Part shown: in pieces, positions 10,460 through 20,117 of the stretch
Numbering within the stretch: the stretch's first letter is position 1
Layout of the letters: each line of letters begins with the position of its first letter
Source: Candidatus Hodarchaeota archaeon
GTDB lineage: Archaea; Asgardarchaeota; Lokiarchaeia; Sigyniarchaeales; SOKP01
NCBI GenBank assembly: GCA_048886685.1
Contig: JBHLKM010000014.1
Coordinates: forward strand, 32,001 to 96,000
DNA: 64,000 nucleotides
Direction: 5' to 3'
Notes under the pieces: model-generated
What the model saw: the letters and a program-made list of their open reading frames with translations, nothing else
Told to the model about the DNA's origin: nothing
Databases searched by the model: none
Made by a program: the position numbers and the translations under genes

Positions 10460-11341
10460 TTATATCTTAATGTTCAACTTATTCTTTAATTCTTTATATC
10501 TTGATCGAAGTGTAACTTCTGTCACCCCAATCGAACTTACTATTTGTTGCTGAGTGATTTCTAAATCTTTAATCCTACATGCTAAATAGATTGCTCCAGC
10601 ACATAATCCCTTTGGGTCTTTTCCACTGATTGAAAAATTAGAAATATAAGTTTTTAAAATTTTTTTTGTTAAAACCTCAATTTCCGAATCTAATTCCAAG
10701 TCTGAAATATATCGTGGAACAAGTGCTATTGGATCGGTTGACTGGGTTTTAAAGTTCAATTCACGTGTTAATACACTGATACACCTTCTTACATCTTTGG
10801 CTGTGACTGAAGCTTCTTTTAAAATTTCTTGAAGGGTTCTGGGGATATCCTTTTTTCTGCAAGCTAAGTATAAACAGGCAGCAACCATAGCATTTATTGA
10901 TCTCCCACGAAGTAATTTTCTTTTAAAAGCTTCAATATATAACCGCATAGCTTCTTCTCTAACATGATTAGGTAAATTAATATTACTGCTTATTCTTTTT
11001 AATTCAGTAGACGCAATTAATAAATTCCGCTTTTGCCAAGTTATTCGTGTATTCCACTTTGCAGCTCTTTTTAAATCAGGATTAGTTATTTTATTTTTAT
11101 CTATTACTGTACTTAAACCCATATCAGGCAATAAAATTGAAATTGGAGCTCCTGTTTGCTCTCGGTTATTTTTCTCTTGATTAGTGTAAGCTCTTTTCCC
11201 ACTGTGATAATTATCAACTAATCGCTCATTAATTATTAAACCGCATTGTCCACATACAGTTTCTCCTTTCTTCTCAATAAAAATAATTGAACCCCCACAT
11301 TCAGGGCATAAATTTGATTTTTTACTTATATTTACTACCAT
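10460..11341 (-). CDS. tfb: Transcription initiation factor IIB (TFB) paralogue
   Basis: CPECGG..CGQCG Zn ribbon, LLRGRSI, PRTLQEI, GKDPKG, GVTEVTLRSRYKEL. Confidence 0.95.
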   Translation of the reverse strand: MVVNISKKSNLCPECGGSIIFIEKKGETVCGQCGLIINERLVDNYHSGKRAYTNQEKNNREQTGAPISILLPDMGLSTVIDKNKITNPDLKRAAKWNTRITWQKRNLLIASTELKRISSNINLPNHVREEAMRLYIEAFKRKLLRGRSINAMVAACLYLACRKKDIPRTLQEILKEASVTAKDVRRCISVLTRELNFKTQSTDPIALVPRYISDLELDSEIEVLTKKILKTYISNFSISGKDPKGLCAGAIYLACRIKDLEITQQQIVSSIGVTEVTLRSRYKELKNKLNIKI

Positions 11342-11375
11342 TCCTACAATTCTAACTCCTTAATTTTAATATTTT

Positions 11376-12404
11376 TTACATACCTATTGCTTGTAATTTT
11401 ACTAACAATTCCTTTTGGTTTTTATCTAATTTTTTTGGAACTTTTATTTTAATTTTAATAAATAAATTACCTCTTTGTTCTGAATTAATTTTATAAAATC
11501 CTTGATTTTTTAACCTTAGTAATGATGATTCATTAGTTCCTGGAGGAATTGATACATTCAAAGTTTTTTCTATCCCTTTTACTTGAATTTTTCCACCAAA
11601 TACAGCAGTGGTAAAGGGTACTTCTTGATCAATATAAATATCATCATTTTTTCTTTCAAAAATTGGATGCTTTTTAATATGTATTGCTATATATAGATCA
11701 CCAGGGATTCCTCCATTCTCCCCAAGCATTCCTTTTCCTTTTAGACGTAATTTTTGATCGTCTTTAATTCCTCTTGGAATATTTACATTCAAATTTTTAA
11801 TTTGTCCAGATACTGGATCTTTATACTGAACTTTTTTCTTGCCACCATAAAATGCATCCATAAAATCGATTTCCATATCATATCTTAAATCATCTCCTTC
11901 TCTTGGATAATTACCGAAAGGGGATGATCTTGCTCTTGTACTTCCTCCTCCTCTTCTATTAAAAACATCAAAAATATCTCCTAAATCATTAAAAAAATCA
12001 AAACCCTCATTGCCACCTCCCGAATTTCTATCATTACCGAAAATCTCACTAAAATCAAATCCCCCAGGTGAACCAGATGTAGAATAGTAATATGTTGTTC
12101 CATCTGGACTTCGATATGTTCTTCCTCCCCCAGTATTACCAAAACCTCCAGGACCACCAGGCCATTGTTGATATGATGATGGATCTCCTTCCACAACACC
12201 GAACTTATCATACATTTCTCTCTTCTTATCATCACTCAAAATACTATAGGCTTCGTTGATTTCTTTAAATTTATCTCCTGATTTAGGTTCATCGGGATTA
12301 ACGTCTGGATGATACTTACGAGCCATTTTTCGGAATGCTCTTTTAATTTCTTCTTTTGAAGCATTCTTTGTTATTCCTAATACTTTATAATAATCCTTAG
12401 CCAT
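11376..12404 (-). CDS. dnaJ: J-domain chaperone, class II (no Zn finger)
   Basis: DYYKVLG, HPD, G/F-rich region with DIF, C-terminal domain; no CxxCxGxG repeats. Confidence 0.93.
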   Translation of the reverse strand: MAKDYYKVLGITKNASKEEIKRAFRKMARKYHPDVNPDEPKSGDKFKEINEAYSILSDDKKREMYDKFGVVEGDPSSYQQWPGGPGGFGNTGGGRTYRSPDGTTYYYSTSGSPGGFDFSEIFGNDRNSGGGNEGFDFFNDLGDIFDVFNRRGGGSTRARSSPFGNYPREGDDLRYDMEIDFMDAFYGGKKKVQYKDPVSGQIKNLNVNIPRGIKDDQKLRLKGKGMLGENGGIPGDLYIAIHIKKHPIFERKNDDIYIDQEVPFTTAVFGGKIQVKGIEKTLNVSIPPGTNESSLLRLKNQGFYKINSEQRGNLFIKIKIKVPKKLDKNQKELLVKLQAIGM

Positions 12405-12480
12405 CTTTTAACCCCTTTTTTAATATTATTCGTGTTAATTTTAATTAAAATAAATAAAAAAATGAAAAAAAAATTCAGAT

Positions 12481-14391
12481 TTATTCATACTCAGCATCCA
12501 CTACATCGTCTTGACCAGTTGCTCTCCTGAATTGCTCTTCTTCGATTTCATCTTGAGATCTTCCTTGGTATCCATAGTTAGCTCCGCCTGGCATATCTCC
12601 CATACCCCCGGGTGGTGTTCCTTGATAGGCTCCTTGAGTAGGTCCTTTTTGTTGTCCATAGATTCTTGCCGATACTTCATGTAATGATCTTTGTAATGCT
12701 TCAATTGCACTCTTTATCCTTCCTACATCATCAGATTCCATTGCGCTTCTTAAATCAGAAATCTTATCAAGGATATTTGATTTCAAATCTCCAATGACAG
12801 CTTCATTTTCTTTTAGTAGTTTTTCAGTTTGATAAATCAATGCTTCTCCTTGATTCTTAGACTCTGTAAGTTCCTTAAATTTCCTATCCTCTTCAGCATT
12901 TCTTTCAGCTTCACGAACTTTCTGCTCAATTTCATCATCAGACATCTTAGTTGATGCCGTAATCGTTATTGACTGACTTTTACCAGTACCAAGATCTTTT
13001 GCTGAAACATTTAAAATTCCATTTTGGTCGATATCAAATGATACTTCTATCTGTGGTACTCCCCTTGGTGCAGGTGGAATTCCAGTTAAATGAAATCTAC
13101 CTAATGTAATATTATCACTTGCACGTGGTCTCTCACCTTGTAATACATGGATTTCTACTGCTGGTTGATTATCTGCTGCTGTAGAGAATATTTGAGTCTT
13201 GTTCGTAGGAATCGTAGTGTTTCTTTCAATTAATTTTGTGAAAACAGAACCTAATGTTTCAACCCCTAATGATAATGGTGTCACATCTAGTAATAGTAAA
13301 TCTTCAACTTCACCAGTTAATACTCCACCCTGAACTGAAGCACCCATCGCAACACATTCCATTGGATCAATGCTACGTTCTGGTGCTTTACCTAGCAAAT
13401 CTTCGAATTTCTTCTGGATTACCGGCATTCTGGTAGGTCCACCTACTAAAATAATTTTATCAATTTGACCTCTTGCTATTCCCGCATCTCTTAAAGCCTT
13501 TAAAATTGGTGCGTCCAATCTCCTTAAAACTGGATCAATTAATTGCTCTAATTTAGCCCTTGTAAGTGTCATATTAAGATGTTTTGGACCATCACTTGTA
13601 GCTGTTATGTAAGGTAAATTAATATCCGTTGATACTGATGTTGATAATTCAATTTTAGCTTTTTCGGCTGCTTCACGAACTCTTTGTAATGCCATCGAAT
13701 CGCTTTTTAAATTAACTCCTTGTTCCTTTTGAAATTCTGATACTAAGAAATCTACTAAGATTTTATCCATATCAGTACCACCTAACTGCGTATCACCTGC
13801 AGTTGAGATTACCTCAAATACTTGATTATCCATCTCCATGATTGTGACATCAAATGTTCCACCACCTAAATCCAATACAGCAATTTTTAAGCTCACATTT
13901 TTCTTATCCAATCCATAAGCTACTGCTGCGGCTGTTGGTTCGTTAATTAAACGCTTTACATTTAATCCCGCGATCCTTCCCGCATCTTTAGTAGCCTGTC
14001 TTTGATTATCATTAAAGTAAGCTGGAACTGTGATTATTGCTTCAGTAACTTCTTCTCCTAAATATGCACTCGCATCTTCCTTAATTTTCCTAAGGATCAT
14101 AGCTGAAATCTCTTGAGGTGTATAGTCTTTACCATCTATTTTTACTGTATAACTTGTTCCCATTTTTCGCTTTATTGCTGTAATCGTACGATCTGGATTT
14201 GAGATTGCCTGCCTTCTTGCTGGTTCTCCTATAAGTCTTTGTCCATCCTTAGTAAATGCAACCACTGATGGAAAAGCCTTACCTCCTAATGTTAACCCTT
14301 CCGCACTTGGAATTATTGTTGGTTTCCCACCAATTAATACCGCTGCTGCTGAGTTTGAAGTTCCTAAGTCAATTCCTATTATTTTTCCCAT
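12481..14391 (-). CDS. dnaK: Hsp70 chaperone DnaK
   Basis: [37 protein letters not shown]. Confidence 0.98.
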   Translation of the reverse strand: MGKIIGIDLGTSNSAAAVLIGGKPTIIPSAEGLTLGGKAFPSVVAFTKDGQRLIGEPARRQAISNPDRTITAIKRKMGTSYTVKIDGKDYTPQEISAMILRKIKEDASAYLGEEVTEAIITVPAYFNDNQRQATKDAGRIAGLNVKRLINEPTAAAVAYGLDKKNVSLKIAVLDLGGGTFDVTIMEMDNQVFEVISTAGDTQLGGTDMDKILVDFLVSEFQKEQGVNLKSDSMALQRVREAAEKAKIELSTSVSTDINLPYITATSDGPKHLNMTLTRAKLEQLIDPVLRRLDAPILKALRDAGIARGQIDKIILVGGPTRMPVIQKKFEDLLGKAPERSIDPMECVAMGASVQGGVLTGEVEDLLLLDVTPLSLGVETLGSVFTKLIERNTTIPTNKTQIFSTAADNQPAVEIHVLQGERPRASDNITLGRFHLTGIPPAPRGVPQIEVSFDIDQNGILNVSAKDLGTGKSQSITITASTKMSDDEIEQKVREAERNAEEDRKFKELTESKNQGEALIYQTEKLLKENEAVIGDLKSNILDKISDLRSAMESDDVGRIKSAIEALQRSLHEVSARIYGQQKGPTQGAYQGTPPGGMGDMPGGANYGYQGRSQDEIEEEQFRRATGQDDVVDAEYE

Positions 14392-14410
14392 ATTACATCA
14401 CTCCTTTCTT

Positions 14411-15178
14411 TTAAATTTTAATTTTTTTATCTTGAATTATTTCTGTTTTTTCGTTTAAATTTTGTAATTTTGATTTCTTGGAAATCTTGACCTTCGCAGG
14501 TCTTAAAACCTTGTTATTTAAGAAATAACCTTTATCTAATACTTCTATTATTGTATTCTCAGGGAGATCATCTCGTTCCTCCTCGACCATTAAAGCTTCG
14601 TGCTTATATGGATCAAACTTCTGACCCTCTGAATCCATCCGTCGAACCCCTTCCTCATCCATTACTTTCTCGAAATTTTTGACGATGATTTCAAATCCTT
14701 TCTGGATTCCTTCCGCACCGTCAAGCATCTTTAAAAGATTCAAAGCACGTATGAGGTCATCGTAATGACTGACTAACTTCTTTAATAATCCCTCTAAAAC
14801 ATATTGTTTGTAATTTGAGTTTTCACGTTCTTGACGTTTCTTGTAATTGTCAAAATCTGCTCGAATCTGTAAGAGTGAACGCAAGAATTTTTCTTTTTCT
14901 TCCTCTAATTCCTTAAACTTTCGTGCATCCTCCTTCATGTCGTCAAGTTCTTTCATCAATTGATCATTCCACGTCTTTACTTTCTTGTGGTCTTCAACCA
15001 AGGCCTCATATTTTTCTGCTTTTGCCTTAAGTGTTTGATATTCTTTTTCTGTGATTGATACATTTTCTGATGATCTCTGTCGACCGTTAGATCCACGACC
15101 ATTAATAAATGTGTCAAAAAAATCCTCAAACATCATTGATCCTGCATCTCCCTTCTCTCTTCTTGACATATACATCAT
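14411..15178 (-). CDS. grpE: Nucleotide exchange factor GrpE with N-terminal extension
   Basis: ADFDNYKKR, FDPYKHEA, KGYFLNNKVLRPAKV; directly upstream of dnaK. Confidence 0.93.
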   Translation of the reverse strand: MMYMSRREKGDAGSMMFEDFFDTFINGRGSNGRQRSSENVSITEKEYQTLKAKAEKYEALVEDHKKVKTWNDQLMKELDDMKEDARKFKELEEEKEKFLRSLLQIRADFDNYKKRQERENSNYKQYVLEGLLKKLVSHYDDLIRALNLLKMLDGAEGIQKGFEIIVKNFEKVMDEEGVRRMDSEGQKFDPYKHEALMVEEERDDLPENTIIEVLDKGYFLNNKVLRPAKVKISKKSKLQNLNEKTEIIQDKKIKI

Positions 15179-15458
15179 TTTTTAATTTTTTAATTATTTA
15201 AACTCTTTTTTTTTAATTTTTTTTTTGTTAGGAAATGTTTATTGTCAACCGCAACTTTACAAATCTTAATATAACAATATGAACTTACTTATATAAAGGT
15301 TTGGTTTTTGTAAAATAAGAGGAAAAGGAGTTAATAAAAATTGAATGAGGTTTTAACAAAAATTCCCTCTTAAATAAATAGTGGTCATATAAAAAAGAAG
15401 AAATTTTTACTAAAGATGCTAACTTTTAATTTTCAAGGATATTAGGAGTATTTTAACT

Positions 15459-15938
15459 ATGGAAAAAAAAGCTATTCAAGATTTTTATTCTGAGCAAATG
15501 AGCCAGTGTTATGGGTGTGGGAGACTAAATGATTCTGGTTTGAAATTAAAGAGTATTTGGAACGAAGAAGAGGAAACTAGTATTGCTACTTTCAAACCTA
15601 AATCATATTATATATCATTCCCAGGTTTTGTAAATGGTGGTTTAATAGCTTCCTTAATTGACTGTCACGGTACTGGAACTGCCGCCGCCGCAGCTTACAA
15701 AGCTGAGGGACGAAAAATGGGAACAGAACCAGAATTAAGATATGTAACTGCCTCTCTTCATGTGGATTTTTTAAAACCTACACCAATCGATGAAGAATTG
15801 ACATTAATTGCGAATGTAAAAGAAATTAAAGGCAGAAAAGTTGTAACTAAGGTGAAAGTATTTGCTGCTGAAGTGTTATGTGCCCAAGGAGAAGTTGTTG
15901 CAGTTAAGATTCCAGATTATATGATTTTTCAGAAATAG
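15459..15938 (+). CDS. PaaI-family hotdog thioesterase
   Basis: CYGCG, NGGLIASLIDCH, VTASLHVDFLKPTP. Confidence 0.88.
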   Translation: MEKKAIQDFYSEQMSQCYGCGRLNDSGLKLKSIWNEEEETSIATFKPKSYYISFPGFVNGGLIASLIDCHGTGTAAAAAYKAEGRKMGTEPELRYVTASLHVDFLKPTPIDEELTLIANVKEIKGRKVVTKVKVFAAEVLCAQGEVVAVKIPDYMIFQK

Positions 15939-15949
15939 TTCAATAAAAT

Positions 15950-17179
15950 TTAAAGATCTAGTTTGTTGTAAATTTCTCTTTGTATAAGATACCTTAGAAT
16001 TTCTGCAGTTCCACCCCCAATTTGAGCTATTCTTACATCTCTATAATATCTTTCAAGCGGGAATTCTTTAGTGTATCCTATTCCTCCGACAACTTGGAGT
16101 GCATCACTGACGATTTTTACAGCATTATCACTTACAAGACATTTTGCTGCTGCTGCTTCCTTGGTAGCTAGTAATTTTTCATCAATCATTCTAGCAGCCC
16201 TAAGAAGCATCAATCTCCCTGCTTCGATGTTCATATACATTTCAGCTATTTTAAAACTAATTCCTTCGAATTGTCTAAGTTCCTTTTTGAATTGTTTACG
16301 TAATGATGAGTATTTAATAGCGATTTCAAAAGCCGAACGAGAAATACCTAAATACTGACTACCAACGAATACTCGCTCTGCATCAAGTCCGTATAACATA
16401 ACATTAACGCCTTCATTTTCATTCCCAATCAGGTTTTCTACAGGAACTTCACAATTATGGAATTTTAGATGAGAATTCACGCATCCTCTGCGACCCATCA
16501 ACTCGAAATCTTTTACTACCTCAAACCCCGGCGTGTCGGTTGGGAATACAATAGCACTTATACCTTCTCTTGGGTGTACATTAGGATTTGTGATACAGTA
16601 AAGAAGAATATATTTTGCTACACTACCATTTGTAATGAATCTTTTCTCTCCATTGATTATGTAATTATCACCTTTCCTTACAGCAGATGTACGTATCCCT
16701 CCAACTGCGTCACTTCCTGCGGTTGGTTCTGTAATACCTAAAGCCCCAAGAGCAGATCCGTTCATTATAGGTTTTAGAAATTTTTCATGCTGCTCATTTG
16801 TCCCAAAATGAATAATAGGAACCCCAAAAAGATTACAGCTACATCCATATATAACAGCAGTTGGATAATGAACTGCGGAAAGTTCTTCCCCAAATATCAT
16901 TCTATATACTGTGCCTTTTCCGAATCCCCCAATTTCTTTTGGAAATGCCAAAGGAAAATATCTATCTGCCAATTTACGTATAAGTTTTAAGGTTAATTCT
17001 ACATTATGCTCTCGATCAATTTGTGCAACATAAGGGTCAATTTCGTTTTTGGCATATTCTCTAATTTCTTGACGAAATTCGTTTTCTTCATCAGTAAACA
17101 TAAAAAGGCTACCTGGAGTCATACTCTCTCCATATTTAAAATTAAGATCTTCAAAATTAATATGTCCGTCTTTACTCAT
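15950..17179 (-). CDS. Acyl-CoA dehydrogenase
   Basis: ITEPTAGSD, NGEKRFITN, RKQF, GGIGY, ERYYRD; start set at ATG 17179 (MSKDG). Confidence 0.93.
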   Translation of the reverse strand: MSKDGHINFEDLNFKYGESMTPGSLFMFTDEENEFRQEIREYAKNEIDPYVAQIDREHNVELTLKLIRKLADRYFPLAFPKEIGGFGKGTVYRMIFGEELSAVHYPTAVIYGCSCNLFGVPIIHFGTNEQHEKFLKPIMNGSALGALGITEPTAGSDAVGGIRTSAVRKGDNYIINGEKRFITNGSVAKYILLYCITNPNVHPREGISAIVFPTDTPGFEVVKDFELMGRRGCVNSHLKFHNCEVPVENLIGNENEGVNVMLYGLDAERVFVGSQYLGISRSAFEIAIKYSSLRKQFKKELRQFEGISFKIAEMYMNIEAGRLMLLRAARMIDEKLLATKEAAAAKCLVSDNAVKIVSDALQVVGGIGYTKEFPLERYYRDVRIAQIGGGTAEILRYLIQREIYNKLDL

Positions 17180-17404
17180 AAGCTCCACCGATGAGTTTCT
17201 AAGAAATATATGAAATATTAATAGATTATATAAATAAAATTCCAAAATAAAATTATTTGATCGAATTAGTTGGTATTAGAAATAGAACCTGAATCGAATT
17301 CATTTTATATATTCTTATAAATATATATCCTATCGGAATCAATTCTGAAGCAAAAGATATCCCTAAAGGTACTTTAGTTGGACTGATAATTATATATTAG
17401 ACTG

Positions 17405-18055
17405 TTAAAATTGAAGATCTTCAGGATAAGGATAGCTCTTAAATGATCCTTTTTTTTTTGAATGCTTTTTAACTTCATCGCCATAAATCCATTCTAAATG
17501 TTGTTTGTATTCATTCACAGGACCACTAAGACAGAAAAAGTCTGGTGGAAGTTTATCAGGACCTGCCATCCCAGCACAGAGATATAAACCTTTCCGAATC
17601 TTTCTAACTTCATCAGTCATATCAATTATCCCACCATCATTCTTAAAAGAAGCATATTTTAATTGAAATGTAGGCTTCCCATCGATTAGTGATTCACTTA
17701 TACCTGTACGGAAACGCATATGCTGTTCTTCTTTTCCATCAATTTTCCATCGATTGTATCCTTCTCCTCTTGGCTCTAGTTTATTCGAATAAGGAGTAAA
17801 AGCTTTTCCTAACCAGTATCCTTTTTCAGTATCATAGAGCCACCATTTTGAAATTTTTTCGTTTTTTTCTGATATAAACCCTACCATAGCGCTATCATAT
17901 TCTCCATCCATTTCCTCAAAATCTGCTGATGGCAATGATTTATACAAGTCCATAATTTCTTGGAAACTAAGCTCTTTTATCTTTTCTATGGCCAAATCTT
18001 TAACAGAAATTTCTTCATGATGAGTCATTTTAAACACCATACTTAATAATTTCAT
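17405..18055 (-). CDS. Conserved hypothetical protein
   Basis: Protein-like 216 aa ORF (WLGKAF, GYNR, DEVRKI..GLYL); co-oriented with the upstream flavodoxin-ferredoxin gene; start may be ATG 18028. Confidence 0.65.
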   Translation of the reverse strand: MKLLSMVFKMTHHEEISVKDLAIEKIKELSFQEIMDLYKSLPSADFEEMDGEYDSAMVGFISEKNEKISKWWLYDTEKGYWLGKAFTPYSNKLEPRGEGYNRWKIDGKEEQHMRFRTGISESLIDGKPTFQLKYASFKNDGGIIDMTDEVRKIRKGLYLCAGMAGPDKLPPDFFCLSGPVNEYKQHLEWIYGDEVKKHSKKKGSFKSYPYPEDLQF

Positions 18056-18062
18056 CTAATAA

Positions 18063-18923
18063 TTAAATAATTTTTTCATAATCAACATAAGGACGAAATA
18101 TTCCTTGTTCTTCTGCCTTTTTCAATTCTTGGACATATAATTTTAAGTTTCCTTTCGAACCAACTCTCATTAATTTCCAATCAGTTTCAATTGCTTCTTC
18201 AGGACAGGCTTTTTGACAATATCCACAGAAAATACACGTTTCTTTTTGAATTTCAGGGGGATTTGCTTCGACATCGATAGCATTAGTGGGGCAATTTTCT
18301 TGACAAGTGAGACATTTTGTACAAATATCCTCGTTTATTTCAAATTTAGGAAAAATTCTTCTCAAAATATCTAAAGTTAAAGTCTTTGATTGTTTTGCCC
18401 ACCATGTATCCTCAATTAAATTAAATTTGGGAATCAGATCTATTTCTCCATTTTTAACCCTTAAACTAACGTTGCATATACTCCTACCAAAATCTAATGC
18501 TTCTTGAAGTTCAGTTTCGTCTGGATGTTTTATAGTATGCATAATTTCAGGATAGAATTGTAGTGATGATGCTGAATATGAGTCAAAATTACCTATTACT
18601 AAGTATTCATTTTTGCTTAATTCTTCTTTCATATAATAAAATGTATTACCAATTACACTTCCATGGGTGCAGAATATAAAACAATTCATATCATCCCCTT
18701 TTTGCATTTTTTGAATAAAATTCTTAACATTGATCGGTTCTCTATAATAAAAAGTTGGAGTACCAATACCTATTAAATCGTACTTATTCAGATTTATATT
18801 TTCAGCCTTTTTCATTTCAATTATATCGCAATTATTATCGCTATTTAAAATACCTTCTTGAATTTTAAACGCTATTTTTTCTGTTCCACCCGTTTGAGAG
18901 AAATAAATCAACAAGACATTCAT
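18063..18923 (-). CDS. Flavodoxin-ferredoxin fusion (EFR1-like)
   Basis: YFSQTGGT flavodoxin motif plus two CxxCxxCxxxCP motifs. Confidence 0.88.
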   Translation of the reverse strand: MNVLLIYFSQTGGTEKIAFKIQEGILNSDNNCDIIEMKKAENINLNKYDLIGIGTPTFYYREPINVKNFIQKMQKGDDMNCFIFCTHGSVIGNTFYYMKEELSKNEYLVIGNFDSYSASSLQFYPEIMHTIKHPDETELQEALDFGRSICNVSLRVKNGEIDLIPKFNLIEDTWWAKQSKTLTLDILRRIFPKFEINEDICTKCLTCQENCPTNAIDVEANPPEIQKETCIFCGYCQKACPEEAIETDWKLMRVGSKGNLKLYVQELKKAEEQGIFRPYVDYEKII

Positions 18924-19120
18924 TAATCTTACCCTTTGAAGATATTAAATATAATATGATAATAATTCTTTCTGAGATATAAATTATCATAAATAGGAAA
19001 AATAGGATATTAGAATAAAAATCTAATTTTAGTCTCGAAGTTTGTGGAAAGTTCGCAAAATAAAACTATAATATAGACTTTGATCTACCATTATTTAGCA
19101 CAATCGGAAGTGATAATAAA

Positions 19121-19522
19121 ATGGTAGTTAGTTCACAATTCAAAAATAAAGGTTTTCATGACATACTTATATGTGGAATTTGCCATGGAGAAATAACGCA
19201 GGAAGCCGCAATTTTCCAGGAAGGGCTTCATTTTGGTGTTATTTGCTCTGAATGCTTTGTTAATAATTCGGAAAATGATATTGAGCTAATGTCTAACATG
19301 TTTTTAGCCTTTGGTGGCTTTTTTGGTATGTTAAGGGATCCTGATTATTCTATCTATGAGATGTTAAAGGATTTAATTGGGAAGATTCATGATAATAAAA
19401 AATCAATAACATCAGTAGAAATGAAAATTAGGCTACTCCATATTGCCTTACTACACGGAATTACTCCACGGGAGTTTGCTGAGTTAGATAATGGCCTCTT
19501 AAAGTTTATGTACCAGTTCTAA
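19121..19522 (+). CDS. Small Zn-finger-containing hypothetical protein
   Basis: CGIC..CSEC; GTGAT Shine-Dalgarno-like sequence upstream. Confidence 0.7.
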   Translation: MVVSSQFKNKGFHDILICGICHGEITQEAAIFQEGLHFGVICSECFVNNSENDIELMSNMFLAFGGFFGMLRDPDYSIYEMLKDLIGKIHDNKKSITSVEMKIRLLHIALLHGITPREFAELDNGLLKFMYQF

Positions 19523-19549
19523 CAACCAGATGGCTAAAGGAGGTAAAAA

Positions 19550-19723
19550 ATGGTAAATTTTCACGCACTTCAGGAATCTTTTGCATGTAGATATCGTCAT
19601 TGTAGTAAATGTGAGGTAAAATTAGATATTTCTAATGATGAGGAAGTGGTATGCACTTTATGTGGCGAAACTTTTTGTTCTTGCTGTATATATTTACATC
19701 AGAAGAATTGTTATGGGATATAA
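19550..19723 (+). CDS. 57-aa Cys/His zinc-finger microprotein (not in ORF track)
   Basis: AGGAGGT upstream; MVNFHALQESFACRYRHCSKCEVKLDISNDEEVVCTLCGETFCSCCIYLHQKNCYGI. Confidence 0.8.
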   Translation: MVNFHALQESFACRYRHCSKCEVKLDISNDEEVVCTLCGETFCSCCIYLHQKNCYGI

Positions 19724-19771
19724 AGACCATTAAGGTCAAAAAATTTTGTAAAGAGATTCTCCATTATCTTA

Positions 19772-19996
19772 CTATATTTTCAACTTGAGACGATTATTAT
19801 AATTAATTCTTCTTCGCCGCCGGTAAGGTCTCTCAGGTCTTTTTAAAAAGCATTCGGGGCAATATGGGATGATAAACGGGTCTTCCCATAGATTATAAGC
19901 TGTTTCCATCGATAATGTTGGATTATCTCTTAAAAATATTTGAAAAGGTATTAATTTCCCACAATCTCCACATTCTCTAGTTTTTCCTGATTCCAT
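19772..19996 (-). CDS. Small Zn-finger protein (RxCxxCGK...W...CxxC), Arg-rich tail
   Basis: RECGDCGK..NLWEDPFIIPYCPECF; same pattern as 32974..33171. Confidence 0.75.
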   Translation of the reverse strand: MESGKTRECGDCGKLIPFQIFLRDNPTLSMETAYNLWEDPFIIPYCPECFLKRPERPYRRRRRINYNNRLKLKI

Positions 19997-20117
19997 TTAT
20001 GTACACATAAGATATTTATAATTTACTTAGTAGGAGTAGAAAAAATAAAACCCTAGGAGAGTTAGCATTTTTTAAAAAATATTATGTATTTAAGACTTGC
20101 TAGAAAATAAGGATGAA

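Noticed and set aside
15180-15460. Heat-shock operator (CIRCE-like) upstream of grpE
   Set aside because: No TTAGCACTC-N9-GAGTGCTAA or other clear inverted repeat seen; only A/T runs
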